This document shows positions 1 through 14,810 of a DNA stretch of 64,000 bases, piece after piece. The notes beneath the pieces are model-generated. The model was not told the origin of the DNA, ran no database searches, and saw only the letters and a program-made list of their open reading frames with translations. A program made the position numbers and the translations under genes. The first letter of the stretch is position 1. Each line of letters starts with the position of its first letter. This stretch comes from Eledone cirrhosa (taxonomy: Eukaryota), in the NCBI GenBank assembly GCA_964016885.1, contig OZ024740.1:178932001-178996000 (forward strand), given 5' to 3'.

Positions 1-1190
1 TCTCAATCCACCCTGCCTGGTCATTATGTTTAACATCCTGCTCCCATATTCCTCTCCAGAATGTTTTAGTTTGTTCCGCCTCATGGATCAAGTCGTTGCC
101 TCTTTCTTTCCCTTCAAGCTGTCCAAACAGCATCTTCTGGTTGTTGTCGAACATGCGGTTCTGTCTATACTGGCTGACTCTGTTCTCGTATCGCCTGATT
201 TTTGCACTCTTTGCTACAATGCGTTGCTTCAGTTCCTCTATGATAATATTTAGCTTTTTCCTCCAAGTTTTGTACTTTATTTCCATTCTATTTTTAGTGT
301 CTATGTTTTTTAGTGTCCCATTCAGTAGGGACTCAAGTTTTCCAATGTCATTTCTCATTTCCCTGATTTGACCACTCAGTCGTTTCTTCCTCCAAGGCTC
401 TGCTCTTTCTTGTCTGTTGTTTGCTCTCGCTTTTATACCAAGTAGTTTCCTCACCGAATTTGCCGTTGCTTTGAGGATATTGTTGCACTGGTGAAGGCTC
501 CTCGCCTCAAGGTATGGGATGACTTTGTTTACCTTAGCTTTGTTTCTTTTAACTTTTTCCTGTCTACAAATCTTAGGTTCATAGGTCTCCCACTATCATT
601 GTTCAATTCTTCTACCACTAAGTTTAGGATATCAACCAAATCTTGTCCTAGCCCGTCAGCATTCATCTCCTCAGTGGCCGTATCTCTGTTCCAGGTATTA
701 TTTATCTCAGCATTCAGATCATTGTCTGCTTCGGGTGGTTCCTCCGTTCTCTCGACCTCTTCACCTTCATTTCCCACTGGCCCGTTTGCCTGGCATACTC
801 TACTTTCCAACTCCAAGTAATCTCTCTGCTCAGTTCCTCCAGTTCCAGCTCGCTTATCCACCCATTAGTTCTTATTACCAGAGCCTGCCCGGCCAATTTG
901 TGTTCATCTAATTTAAATAGACCAATGTCGTTCCAGATGTTATGCATCCGTTTCCTATAGCCTTTCTCCTTGGGGTTACTCTTCAGGTAACACTGCATAA
1001 CAGTTCTATTCAATTCTTTCGTCCAGTTGGTTCTGCTCCCCTTCCTTCTTCTTCTTCCTCCGACACCAGCAGTATTTGGTTGACAGCCAGGTCCCTGCTG
1101 CTGAGCCAGGGAGCACCTGTTGGGTGAGAGTCTGTCGCATGACATTCTAGTCTCCATTTCACCGTTATTCGAACTGTTTAGGTTCGACAT
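1..1190 (-). mobile_element. 5' part of a Dong/R4-clade RLE non-LTR retrotransposon ORF, frameshifted, continuing beyond the window start
   Basis: ORF 714-1190 has the R4/Dong N-terminal motif WTKELNRTVMQCYLKSNP..GYRKRMHNIW..LAGQALVIRTNGWISELELEE. Downstream minus frames give PWRKKRL..IREMRNDIG..EELKQRIVAKSAKIRRY..RQNRMFDNNQK..FWREIW. Confidence 0.85.
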
Positions 1191-1606
1191 TTAAACACTC
1201 TTATCGAGGATTGGCGAATGTATGGTTACATAACAACCGGTGATTTCGTCACTCCCCGTGATTTTTGTGTGGCATTATCACGCTGTAGACGAACATAAAT
1301 AAACAAACAAACAAACAGGCAAAGAAAACCCCAAAAATGAATAAGCATAAGTTTCATTGTAATGTAATGTTTGAATGTCTGACTTTTCCCTTCCCTTCTC
1401 TGTCCGTCTGTTTGTTTACTTCATTGTTCTTTTATTTACGTTTTTCGTTGTTGCTGTGCTGCTTTGAGTTTGATTATTATTTTTTTGATTTTGACCGGGT
1501 CATCAATTCAGTCTATTTATATATTTTGATGCCTTATTATTATTATTATTTGATTCCCTTATTATTATTATTATTATTATTATTATTGTTATTATTATTG
1601 TTATTA

Positions 1607-2366
1607 CTCTTTGAGTCTCAGTCATTGGTGTTAGTTAACTGGAAAGTTTGTTGAAATGAATATCAAGCCACTACCTGCAGCCTCAGATATTCAGGACGTA
1701 TCGGAGGATTCTTGCTGGTCCCAGCAAGCATGCCTTTTGAAGCGTTCCAAAAATCGTGAAGGGGCTAATTTTCTTTAACCATCCCTGGAAACTTTTGGAG
1801 ATAGTCCCTAGTGCGCCTATGACAATCGGGACCACTTTGACTTCATGGCAGTTCCAAATCCTTTTTACCTCGCACTTTAAGTCCTGGTATCGGTTAATTT
1901 TCTCCCTCTCCATCTCTTGCACTCTCGTGTCGAATGGGCAGGCCATATCCACAATCAGGCACGATCTTTTTTCTTTGTTCAAAACCACCAGGTCAGGTCT
2001 ATTGTGTTCCTGTTTCTTGTCCGTCTGTATCCTAAAATTCCACAGCACCTTCACCTGATCGTTTTCTATCACCGCCTCTGCCTTATGCTCATACCACTTC
2101 TCAGAATGTGGTAAATTGTTTACTTTGCATAGGTGCCAGTGGATCACCCTGCCCATCACATCATGTCTCCAGCCCTTATAGTGAGTCTGGGCTAGGTGTT
2201 TACACTCGGATACAATGTGAGCCACAGTCTCCTCTCTCTCTCCACAGATCCTGCACAGTGGGCTAGCCTCCTCCTTGTAAATGTGGTGTTTCAACCACTT
2301 CGTTTTGAGGGCCTGCTCCTGCGCAGCCATTAACATTTCTTCTGTAGCCTTTTTAAGGTCACCTCT
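1607..2366 (-). mobile_element. 5'-truncated Dong/R4 retrotransposon (zinc knuckle plus restriction-like endonuclease; ORF 1683-2336) inside a (TAA)n tract
   Basis: AAQEQAL, CRICGEREETVAHIVSEC (CCHC), RHD, RPDLVV..IVDMACP..EKINRY, VPIVIGALG. (TTA)n on the plus strand on both sides (1535-1606 and 2367-2411). Confidence 0.92.
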
Positions 2367-2367
2367 A

Positions 2368-2411
<44 letters not shown>

Positions 2412-2423
2412 TATAGTAATTGT

Positions 2424-2541
<118 letters not shown>

Positions 2542-2751
2542 ACATGGCTACATGACTTAGAATTGATGGGGTGCTATTGCGATTAAGTCGACCTACAGTA
2601 CTTCTGATACCAGAAAGATGAAAGCCAAATACTACAACGATAGGAATTGACTTGAAATATAAATATCCCGAACAAAATACACTAACAACCATCCGCTATG
2701 TATTATATCTCACAAGAAACATTTTTAACATAGACACACACATTCAGTGGA

Positions 2752-3038
2752 GAACTGGCCAAGTCGTCAGCTAGCCTGATGGCAAGTGGAGACCACGGGG
2801 TCCCACGGGGTCCTACGGTAGTACTTTAGGGGCCAATACATAAAACAATGCTTTCAAAGAAAATATCAGAAGTCCTAGAGAAAAGAATAAAAAAATACAA
2901 TTAAGCATACTAGGGTCGACTTTGAGGACTCTGCCCCCGCGGCCCTCTGAAGAAGAAGAAGAAGAAGAAGAAGAAGAAGAAGAAGAAGAAGAAGAAGAAG
3001 AAGAAGAAGAAGAAGAAGAAGAAGAAGAAGAAGAAGAT
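2752..3038 (+). mobile_element. Short retroposed insert with (GAA)n tail and 16-bp target-site duplication (TSD)
   Basis: ACACACATTCAGTGGA at 2736-2751 and 3039-3054 flanks about 200 bp of unique sequence plus (GAA)n at 2949-3037. Confidence 0.7.
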
Positions 3039-3428
3039 ACACACATTCAGTGGATGTTATAGTCAAATATGTCTACCCATTACGTGAATAATACTTATTT
3101 TTATTAAATTCCATTATATGGATTAAAGACAAAAATCTGAAGTCGAAGTAATATAAGCAATGTATAATATTATTCTAATTGTCAGTATGTGTTCATGTGA
3201 TACATTTCTAACGAAGTATTTCACATGATGAAGCAACGTTATGGATATCTATACATTTATGCATCAAATTAGAAATAAGAAATTTCATAAAACATGTAAT
3301 TCTTACATGTCTCGCTAGTCATTATACCAGATTTATTTTACTTCTCTTTTCACTAAATCTGAAATTATACCGGTAAGCATACCTACAAGAGGGTTATAAG
3401 TGTGATTTTGCACGTTGAAATTATTGGC

Positions 3429-3490
<62 letters not shown>

Positions 3491-3952
3491 ACGGTAATGG
3501 CACTACAAAAGAAAAATCAACAGCTATTTTCGTTTCCATGAATGTCATCGAAGAATTCGTTCAGTTTGGTTCGTTCAGTGATCTTCGATTGATAAATGAG
3601 AAACGGATCAAGCCTCTGAACTTTTACTTTTAGATCAAAACTTTTGCTATCGAAATAAGTAAAGTGCTTTATTGATTTATCTATAAAATTAACAGTCACA
3701 TGTTTTTTATTTTTATTGTCTTTATTTTTGAAAAATATCTTTGAACATTACTGGCAACTTCAACCACAACCTCAATGTTTCAAAGTAAGAAATGTTGTGA
3801 TGCAACGATTGACTATGTTTTATTTGTTAGAAGTTAAAAATATCGTTTAAATGTGATCCTTTTTGTTCCTCCCCATCCAAACATCTGCGATTACATAAAA
3901 TTTATTTGTGATAAAAGGATATAAATGATTGGGTGAGTAAACAAATAAATAA

Positions 3953-3997
<45 letters not shown>

Positions 3998-4206
3998 AGA
4001 ACAACAACAACAACAACAAAACAAAGATTACCAGGTAACTATTACATTTCGCATTGTTTAGCCTTCTATCTCTTTCAACGTTATATATTATATACAATGC
4101 TTCAAGCAGATTAGAGATATCAACATGAATGGACCTGTTATTTTTATCTAAAGACATTTTTTTCCAATTCCAGCCCGCCCGTCCCCTCAATCTGTCTTAT
4201 TACGAT

Positions 4207-4393
4207 AATTGTTTCTACTTTTGGCACAAGGCCAGCTATTACTCCAGTGTATTACTGGTACTTTATTTTATCGACCCCGTAAGGATGAAAGGCAAAGTTA
4301 ACCTCAGCGGAATTTGAACTCAGAATGGCAAGGGCCGTAACTTTATGCGTCAAAGCATGGCATCCAACCCTCTACCGATACTGCCAATCCACC
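4207..4393 (-). mobile_element. tRNA-derived SINE, about 185 bp (family S1)
   Basis: Minus strand: A-box TGGCAGTATCGG, B-box GAGTTCAAAT, central GCCTTTCATCCTTACGGGGTCGATAAAATAAAGTACCAG (resembles the Meta-SINE-type core), ATT tail. More than 10 copies in the window. Confidence 0.9.
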
Positions 4394-4614
4394 AAGATAA
4401 TGACAATTTAGTATAACGTTTATAAAAAGTTAGAAAGGTATGATAACATTTGGACGTTAGTAATTTCATCGGGTGGTGTGTATATATACAGATGAGATCT
4501 CTCTTTGTGGATATTAGAAAGAAGAGGAAGACAGGAGAAAGTAAAACTCACTTGCCATTGACTCATCCACACAAACACACACATACACATTCACACACAC
4601 ACACATACACACAC

Positions 4615-4648
<34 letters not shown>

Positions 4649-5409
4649 GGAGAGGGAGAGATAGAGATAGAGAGCAAAAAAGAGAGAGAGGGAGAGAGAG
4701 AGAAAGAGAGTGGTGCGAATGAAGTGAGGTCTTTATCGTTGAGACTAGTAAGACCATTATTCAATTTAGTACTCTATGGATACGAACAGTTGAATGTATA
4801 TATATAAATATAAGGATTTCGTCTTGTTCGCTCTCTTATTCCTTGGCGGTTTGTGGGGACAGATTCCTACGTTTTGGGATTCTAGCCGAAACTAATGATG
4901 TTATGCAAACATCTTGTTCGAGGCCTACCCAGTGTCTCCCCCGATTTCCATCGCTTAGGGGCCTTTCCAGAGACACTAGCCATCCGGCACTCACGAATCA
5001 GCCAGAGATCATTTTCTCTATTTAGGGCTATGAAAAATCTCTGGCTGAATTTCATCTGTGCCAGCGGCCTTGACACATATGAGCTTTTTTTATTTGTGGG
5101 CCCAGTCTCCTAGAGGTTAGTCATTGCTTCCAGATGTACCTCATGCACATCAGAAGATGCTGGTGTGGAAGATCAGCAAATTATTTTCTTTAACTTGCGA
5201 GGATGCACTTGTGTTAAAACAGAAGAAGCCTGGACGCGTTACTGATACCATGTGTTGAGTGGAACTTCTTATTTCGATTTTTGTGGATGGTCTGCCAGAA
5301 TTCTTTCTTTGCTGATCTTACGTGGGATTCTAGCTTAACCCAATGGACTTCAATGTTTTGATTTTGGACGATTTCACCGTCTCTGCTGTGGGTGCTTTTA
5401 TATAAATAT

Positions 5410-5461
<52 letters not shown>

Positions 5462-5506
5462 AAAATGATTTTTTTTTTAAATGAATATATATATATATAT
5501 ATAAAA

Positions 5507-5574
<68 letters not shown>

Positions 5575-5623
5575 CCTACACACACACCCATATACATTTA
5601 CTCGCACACATGCATACACATAC

Positions 5624-5972
5624 GATGGCTGCCCCCTCGTTATTGAGTATGGCCATTGCAGGATATACCATTATTAATAATTATTAATTAATTCTATCAT
5701 GCAATGCCTGTGTGTGAAGATATTTTTTAAAGTGAGGAAAGACTGTGCACTGAGCCAATCCCACTCTCTGAGCGACAGTAGCTATAACCCGAAAAAAAGA
5801 AAAACTCAACATCATCGGTTACTACTGAGCCGCAGATTTTATATCGGAGTTATCCCAGTTTCCTGAGTTGCCTTCTCCTAGAAGAATGCCCTGACAAAGG
5901 CTAGGCGTCCTTCAGTACCAGTGGTTTAACCGCGCGGTCGGGTGTCTAGCCTGACTATTTCTATGTCCCCGC
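5624..5972 (-). mobile_element. RTE-derived non-autonomous retroelement, family 2
   Basis: Near-identical to 25133-25381. Minus strand has an RTE-5'UTR-like CTAGGAGAAGGCAACTC and a 3' end GGCCATACTCAATAACGAGGGGGCAGCCATC that is similar to the family 1 end. Confidence 0.6.
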
Positions 5973-7928
5973 GCATATACATACACATGCACGCATGTAT
6001 ATACACATATACATACATATGTACAACATATACATACGTACATACACACATACATACAGACATACAGACATACATATACACATACATATATATATATCAA
6101 TTCAGAAAATATTGAAATTGAATCAGGTCATCTACTTTATTTTGGTAAATTCATTCTAGGACAATCGCGAATTCCTCCGATTTAGAAAAACGTAATTCGG
6201 TAGCTATAGTGGTGCTATTAAGTTAGAAATGGCCTGGGCTAATACTGGCCAAAACCTACCTATGCATATTGCATCTGTGCATGTATAGAAAGATATGTAA
6301 GAATGTGTTGTGAAAATATTTTTACTATCACTTAAGTTTGATAACTTTGATAGGTTTCGGCCAGGGATGATGGACATATCATATAACCAAACAATTCATA
6401 ATGCCCTTGCACGGCTTGGTGCATTTTCTTTCTCCTCAGTAGATACACAACAATCGAATTAAGCAAAGTTAAAAGTAGGTATTAGCCCCATGTTGGCATT
6501 AAAGCCAAAGACAACCCATATATATTTTTTGTTTCTGGAAGAATATTCACTAGACTTCATTACCCGTCTTTTCTATTTTTAAAGACGGTCGGGTATAGTT
6601 TCCCGAAATTTCGACTACACATATTTGATAGGTAGTACATTACATTCAGAGTTTATATTTATCAGATACATTAACTGGTTACGAGTTTTTTGGGCTTGTC
6701 AATAAAAATCATAAAGTATTGTTTGCGTTGAGTGTGGTGTTTTCAGGCTCAGATATGAGGCATGAAATATTATTTAAATTCTGTGTGTAACTGATTTGAT
6801 TCACATGTGAGTAAGGAAATACATGTTTCTAAGTGACTTTGCTTGGTTTTGTCGGCTTAGTCAGCAGGTTCGGTAGTGTGCATATCTTTTGCAGACCCTC
6901 AATTAATCTTCATTCTGAAGAGCTGAAAATTGACGCGGCAAAGTGGTAACGTAATGGGTACAAAGGACTGCGTGCAGTTTTTAATTAGGAGTGTGGTGAT
7001 AGACCTAATATTGCTGACGAGAGGAGATATGAATGAGTCAAAGGAGGTGGAATAGGATTGGCACAAAAACAGCCATGCCAGTGACGCAGACCTCGCTTTG
7101 GTAGTGGTAGACTAGTCCAAGTAATGAGACGACACAGGCCTAGGCAATATCTTGGAATGTATGGGAAAACAACTTTATGCAAAATAGTTGGGTGGTTTGG
7201 GAGTTGTTGGTTAAATGTGTATCAGTAGCAACCACCTGACATATGGTAGAAGTTCTCCATTGTGAGTCTCCAATCGGCCACTGTACACTGATGTTATTTA
7301 ATAAATCGAATAATGACAAAATCAATATGATCTATTCAAATACCTTATCCAATACGACGATGTTTGAATACACATCTGAATGTTATTTGAAACATCAAGA
7401 TAAAATACGTTTTTTAAACTTCAATTTTGTAACTATAATATTCTTTTCACAATATCTATTTCTTATTTTTCTCCTTTACTTTATATTTGCTTCTATTCTT
7501 CATTTTATACAATGAACACCAGTGTTAAACTCTTATAATGTATCCTCCAATTTTATGCATACGTGGTAATTCTATACGGGTGAACAAGAACCGTGTGTTT
7601 GAAGACTTAATCATTATCGTAGCTTCCGTTTATGCTTCAGTGTTTATTCGATAGCAACGGCATCTGTAAGCAATGTCTGTAACTAACACTCGCCGACGGT
7701 TTCAATTTAACACTTGGTAATTACCAAGTGGAGAAAATATGCACCATTAACAGGTACTGGTTCAAAACTATTGATTATTTTCATTTCCTTGAAGCATCGC
7801 ATGTAAAGTAAAGTTAAACATAACATGAGATTGTTGTGGTCGATCATCTTCGTCCCATCACCTCAACCTCATCCCTTTCTCTATCTCTAGCTCTCCATCT
7901 CTCTTTCTTTTATATGCACCTCTCACAG

Positions 7929-8366
<438 letters not shown>

Positions 8367-8616
8367 ATGGACTCTCCCGTCGATATCCAACGTATGATTG
8401 TCCAACAAAAGTTGATGTGGGAGTGTGAACTGATGTTGAATTACCCAGAGTTTTGTTTTAGGTGGTGAAGGCTTGTGTAGGACCAACCACAATTTTTGGA
8501 ACTAACGACACATATCGTCGGTGGAAATGTTTGCCACAGAAAATACGACAGCCTTCAGTTTTTTTATGCCTCGGAGTTTAATCTCTCCATATAAAAAATA
8601 ATATATATATATACTA

Positions 8617-8815
8617 TTTGGATGGCCGTTGACTCTGGTGAGTTGCTCTGCCCTTTGCCGGGTCTTGAATTTCATCCCGCAGGGTGTTCAAATATCCCCC
8701 TCCTCACCAAGCAAGCTTGGTAGGGTTGCTGGTTTAGTCACCGACGACCGACCATGAGTCAGGTTGTATTTGGTTACATGTTACCAGTAGCACTCGAGCT
8801 CGAGAGTGACCTGAC
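8617..8815 (-). mobile_element. RTE 5'UTR-like dispersed repeat, about 195 bp
   Basis: Homologous to 21887-22080 and 25457-25650. Confidence 0.65.
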
Positions 8816-8840
8816 AGTATATATATATATATATATATAT

Positions 8841-9130
8841 AAGAAAGTAAGTCCATAGAATCCTTTGATAAAATATATACAGTATTTCTCCTCCCAATCA
8901 ACATAATTAACCCCATAAAAAATCAATTAAACGAGGCTATAAGTTTAAAATGTACCTATGAAGAAACAATAGATAAATAAATTATAGCTATTTTATCCGC
9001 GATCAACAGCCACAGAAGATTTACCTAGTATCTCTAATAGCCCGTAAAATTGATTAGACATATAGCTAAGCATACACAATTAAGTACAAAATCAAAGTTA
9101 GAAAAAAAGATGTACATAAACATACCAAAT
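8841..9130 (-). mobile_element. Diverged copy of HHR family B
   Basis: Aligns by eye with 32255-32530 (GTCCA.AGAAT..TTTGATAA, CATAATTAACC, CTATGAAGAAACA, AAAGTTAGAAA). Starts at about the same (TA)n junction. Confidence 0.65.
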
Positions 9131-9134
9131 TTAT

Positions 9135-9176
<42 letters not shown>

Positions 9177-10534
9177 CGTTGACAAATATATCAATATGCC
9201 CAGACATGTAGATATATTCCCCTTGGTTTGAAGATTGGAGTTAGTTGAATATGAATTGTGTTCCAGCTTTGATGAATTATAGAACCACACTCAAGGCAAA
9301 GTGCAGCACTGGATTTTGAACTCCCGCCGACCCAGGAGGGGTCATACCCGACTGTGAATGGATTGCAACCTCTGGAGTCAATAATCTAAAGGAAAACCAC
9401 GTGGCGGAAATATAAATAACATAGCTGTCTTTGACAGGTTTGGTTGTGAGTTATCCCTTCTATATATATCTATATATTCTCAAGAAATTTGAACTCACTA
9501 TAATAAACCCGCCTATTATTATATTATAACAATATATGCTCATTCTGCCATATGTGATTCTGGAAGCGGAGTTTCCTATATACACTTTTTCTCTATATGT
9601 AACGGGATTGTCATTACGATTTGTATTTACTGTGGTACAGTTCTATGCGGTACGATACATTGGTTGAACGCCAACTTGGACATACAGTGAATTTCACCTG
9701 GCACGTTAGATTGAGCGACCGAATGTTTTCAATTTCCTCCCATCTGTGCCGGCTGTATATGTGCCATACATCTCTTTAACTCGTCGTACTTTCTTTTATT
9801 TTTTATTGTAGATTTTAGGTGTATATCCCAGACCGCCTATGGTGATAAATCCCCTGGGTATAGGTTTTGGAAAAATAGTGTTATCTCACTTAACGTTCGG
9901 AACTGGAACATATCGATGTGGTTCGTAGGGTGCGGATATGATAAGGAGAATCGACTTGTTACAAGGCGATATAATTGGTGTACACCATCCCTCATATGGA
10001 CTATCATAAATGTAAGGCTGCACCACTGCTAACCAACGATGCTTTTCACAGACCCATGCTTGCAAACTCTCTTGATCTGCCTGTACACGCTCTTTTTGCA
10101 CTGCTTGTGCTTTGATGCATCTATGCTTTGCTTTGTCTTATATTTTTTTTTGGGGGGGGGGTCCGGGCTTTTTGTTCTTTTAATGTTTTGTATTTTTATA
10201 TTTATCTCTTTTCTTATCTCTGTATTTTTGTACTTTTTTTATTATTATTTTATTATTATTTTATTATTGTTTCTGATCATGCTGAGTATTACCCTCACTC
10301 ATCCCTTGCTACCCTCTCACAACCTCTTTATCATCTATTGCACCATTTAAGTGATAAACTTTTGATGTAAATTTTAATTTTTAAACTTTTAAGACATTTT
10401 ATGACATTATGTGCATCATGTATTCTGTCTTTTTCCATATAGCGCTGGCCTCGGGACCCCCGGCTGGTCATTTAACCTTGTTCTAGTGACGAAGCTCGGT
10501 GGAGCATGCAACTACTGATATACTCATGTTTATA

Positions 10535-10581
10535 GGCTCTGAGGATTCCTGCCATGGTGTATGTATGAAACACTGTTAGCT
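10535..10581 (+). ncRNA. Minimal type I hammerhead-like motif (PLE pLTR type)
   Basis: GGCT-CTGAGGA-(imperfect stem II)-GAAAC-ACT-GTT-AGCT followed by AATAAA. Confidence 0.55.
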
Positions 10582-10639
10582 AATAAAACAATGTATCTCT
10601 AAGCACTCTTTGGTTATTCCTATAATTATTTATATATAT

Positions 10640-11752
10640 ATAAGTAGTTCCACAACAGTTAGTTCACCATACCGAGAACAATTGTTTGGGCTTATTCGGA
10701 TCCTCAGCTCGCTCGGTGTAAATGAAGTTGTACGGAAAAGGAAAATCAACTATACGAATAAGCATGAGCAGAAAGTATCAGTTCTCCTGGGGGAGGTAAA
10801 CCCTCAATAGATCGATGTAGGGAGATAACTGTGGACGCTCGGAATAAATTATTCCCGTTATTCAGAATATTATAGATTGTTGATGCTAGTTAATCTGGGG
10901 CTTTTTAATTATGTAATAGGTGTTTCCAGACATGTGGACAACGGGAAAAAAGTTCATTCCTCGAATTTAGTCAAGCGCTATTACAAACTTCTCAGTATAT
11001 TGATCCTTTCCTCAATGCACAGCCCACAAGACGGATTCCCCCTTGCGTATGACTTAGACTTAGTCATCGCTGTCCATTGGATGGAGTAATCTACGCCTGT
11101 GTCCTTCAGGGATCATAAATGGCTCACGAGCTTCGTGGACGATCGTTTGTCCGGGTATCGAAAGGTCGACTGATAGTTCAGGAAGAGTTTCTTAAATCGG
11201 CCCCACCTACATAGGATTTAAACTCTTGTCGTTGATTTGGTCGGTTAGAAGTGACCACAGCTTCGTAAATTACAGCTGGTTTGTTGCATTCTTTTTGAAG
11301 GGGGAAAGCTTCAGGCTTTCGGCAAGAGCATCCTGGTGGAGTGCTGCTCATTCGGCTGTTGGTGATGTGGGCCTTCATATGTTTAGTACAGGAGTATCCT
11401 AATTTCACCCTGTGTCTGTTAAAGATTGAGCGGTATCGTAGCCTATAGGTAAGTGTCTATCTAAGAGAGCTAAACATCTTTTTCCTGCATTAGATTTAAC
11501 GTTGAGTGAGAAGGAGGCGGGAGAACGAATTGTTTTTCTATTAACACGATTTATTTTCCAATTTATGTTGGTGTTGGCAGAGGAGTAAGTAAATTGGTTG
11601 CGAGAAGCCGCTGTTAGCTAATGCCGCGTTGTAGTAGGGTGCCACTCTGTGAAAGATTGCTACATTAGAGGAGAAGTTAGAGATTTTAGTACCAATATTA
11701 TTCACGAAGTTTCTAAAACCTGTAGGAAGGTGTATGTAATTTAGTAGGCTCT
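10640..11752 (-). pseudogene. Decayed Penelope-like element: RT thumb, GIY-YIG endonuclease and pLTR with degenerate HHR (about 10670-10715)
   Basis: ISNFSSNVAIFHRVAPYYNAALANSGF; KLGYSC..CSCR..FPL..C..VIYEAVV..KSYVG; W..KSYARGNPSCGLCIEE..NSRNELFSRCPH. Same architecture as 60996-62766. Confidence 0.85.
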
Positions 11753-11814
<62 letters not shown>

Positions 11815-12061
11815 CGCCTAAACACACAAACGACTTGCAAAATGTATAACAAATGTTAAAATGAAACTGTGCGGCATTAATTATTTTCCTTTGCTAACAC
11901 GCTTTCTCTTTTCTTCTTTCCTCTTTGTAACATTAGCGAATCAATGAAAAGGATATAGCTTAAATAGAAAATGGAAACTGAGCCACGGATCCAGTTTATT
12001 GGTGATTGTTATTTACTCACTCATACTGTCTAATAACTGATTGGCACTAATAATCTTGAGA

Positions 12062-12335
12062 AGGGCTTAATGGTTAGGCTCACAATCGTGAGGTCATGAG
12101 TCCCAATCCCAGACCGACTGTTGCATTTTATCCTTCAGCAAGACATTGGTCCGGTTCACTCACCTCTAGAAATGGGTTGCGATGTCGTTTGTGTTAAGCT
12201 GTCTCGCATTTTCATTTCTCTTGGAAAACACCAGTGGCGTGGAGAGACTGGTGTGTATGGCGACTGTTCGTCTTCCACAAAAACTCCCGGCTTGTGTCTC
12301 GGAAGAAAATTTTCTAGATGCAAATAAAAGGGCAT
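12062..12335 (+). mobile_element. Degenerate tRNA-derived SINE with CORE/V-like TCCTT(G)AGCAAGACA segment
   Basis: GGCTTAATGGTTAG A-box-like start and degenerate B-box. Related segment at 16065-16170. Confidence 0.5.
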
Positions 12336-12351
12336 TTGTAACACCGAAGGA

Positions 12352-12389
<38 letters not shown>

Positions 12390-12408
12390 ATATTTCACTC
12401 TCCCTCTC

Positions 12409-12491
<83 letters not shown>

Positions 12492-12494
<3 letters not shown>

Positions 12495-12783
12495 TACACA
12501 AGTATCAAAGTTATGTTTAAATCATTTAATCGCTGACAATTGTTTCTTCCAAACTTAAGCTCCGAGGACTCCAAGCTTAAGTTTGGAAGAAACAATTGTC
12601 AGCGATTAAATGTTTCAAACATAACTTTGATACTTGTGTAATCTATATTACTGCTCTGTAAAACAACTGATGTTCTTACATTGAGCTATTTCTCTTACTG
12701 GTAATAAGGTAGTAATAAATTACTGACCTTCCCTGTTTATAGTTGTTTATAGTATAGTATATACATAACTATAAATAGTATCT

Positions 12784-12790
<7 letters not shown>
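12492..12790. mobile_element. PLE-type inverted pLTR fragment with HHR-like core
   Basis: Arms 12492-12560 and 12574-12642. GCT-CCGAGGA-stem II-GAAAC-AATT-GTC-AGC at 12559-12603. The right arm continues into a tail. Confidence 0.75.
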
Positions 12791-12845
<55 letters not shown>

Positions 12846-12918
12846 AGTAAGGATGCTTGGATACGTCCATATGCGGTATGCCGGTTGAGCACTCTATCCT
12901 ATGCTCCTTCAGAGCAGA

Positions 12919-12973
<55 letters not shown>

Positions 12974-13202
12974 CATTCGGTTTCCTAGTTAAAATTTTAG
13001 TCTACGACTTCAGCTATACCATTTACGCCTTTGCGTGCAATTGTTCTCCACGTTCCACATATGACGTATTTTCTTCGTTTTTTCCGTTCATTGCCAGAGA
13101 AGGTCTCTATGAACCACCTAAGAGAATATTAGTCTACGACTTCTTTTATACCGATAAACGTGGTTTTGTCTTTGCGTGTAATTGTTTTTCACCGCTCCAA
13201 AT

Positions 13203-13389
13203 AATTGTTTCTACTTTTAGGCACAAGGCCAGCAATTACCCAGTACATTACTGGTATTTTATTTTATCGACCCCGTAAGGATGAAAGGCAAAGTTAACCT
13301 CGGCGGAATTTGAACTCAGACTGTAAAGGGACGTAACTATGCTAGAAAGCATGGCGTCCAACGCTCTACCGATACTGCCAATTCACCGC
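13203..13389 (-). mobile_element. SINE family S1
   Basis: Full-length copy. TTCACCGCTCCAAATA is duplicated on both sides. Confidence 0.9.
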
Positions 13390-13644
13390 TCCAAATATTG
13401 ACGTATTATATTCGTTTTTCCCGTTCTTTGCCAAGGAACGTTTCCACGAACCAAAGTATCGTCTTCCTGTCTTCCTCTGGTTGCAACGTTTTTTGAAATA
13501 TTCACTTCTGCGTTCACAGATTGAGTTTGTTAGTTTCAGAAGATCCCGTTAAGAGTGAAAGCAGCGATTCTTTGCTTAAACTTTAATATGTTATTTTAAT
13601 AAATAAATAGAAAGTAGAAACAATATATATATATTTATATGTAT

Positions 13645-13700
<56 letters not shown>

Positions 13701-13704
13701 GTAT

Positions 13705-14427
<723 letters not shown>

Positions 14428-14717
14428 AAGAAGAAATATTAGACATAAATAAATACCCATTTTTTTTTCAAATTCCCGACTGTAATTTCGTGGCTACTAT
14501 GCAAAATTCTATATCATAGAGATGTAACATTTTTGTGAGGTAGGCCGACTTTTCAAGGGAACACCTCAGGGAAAAATTTTAAAACAAGTCTGCATCGCGC
14601 GAGAAAATCTCGAAAAGGCGGAGGGAAACACTATCACGTGATGCAGTGGTCAAGAAATGGGGTTAAATTCCTTGTAGCAGTGAAACATATCACAGAAGGC
14701 GGAGGGGATATTAATAT

Positions 14718-14810
14718 AATTGTTTCTACTTTAAGCACAAGGCCAGCAAATACCCAACGTATTACTGGTACTTTATTTTATCGACCCCCGTAAGGATGAA
14801 AGGCAAAGTA
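14718..14810 (-). mobile_element. 5'-truncated SINE S1 with 13-bp TSD
   Basis: ATATTAATATAAT at 14708-14720 and 14811-14823. Confidence 0.85.

Noticed and set aside
1607-1682. Dong 3'UTR as the partner of SINE S1
   Set aside because: No visible 3' similarity, and the tails have opposite polarity (TAA versus ATT).
9261-9287. GTTC..TAGAAC as a further hairpin instance
   Set aside because: It lacks the UG/CA pair and has no associated HHR or inverted arm.
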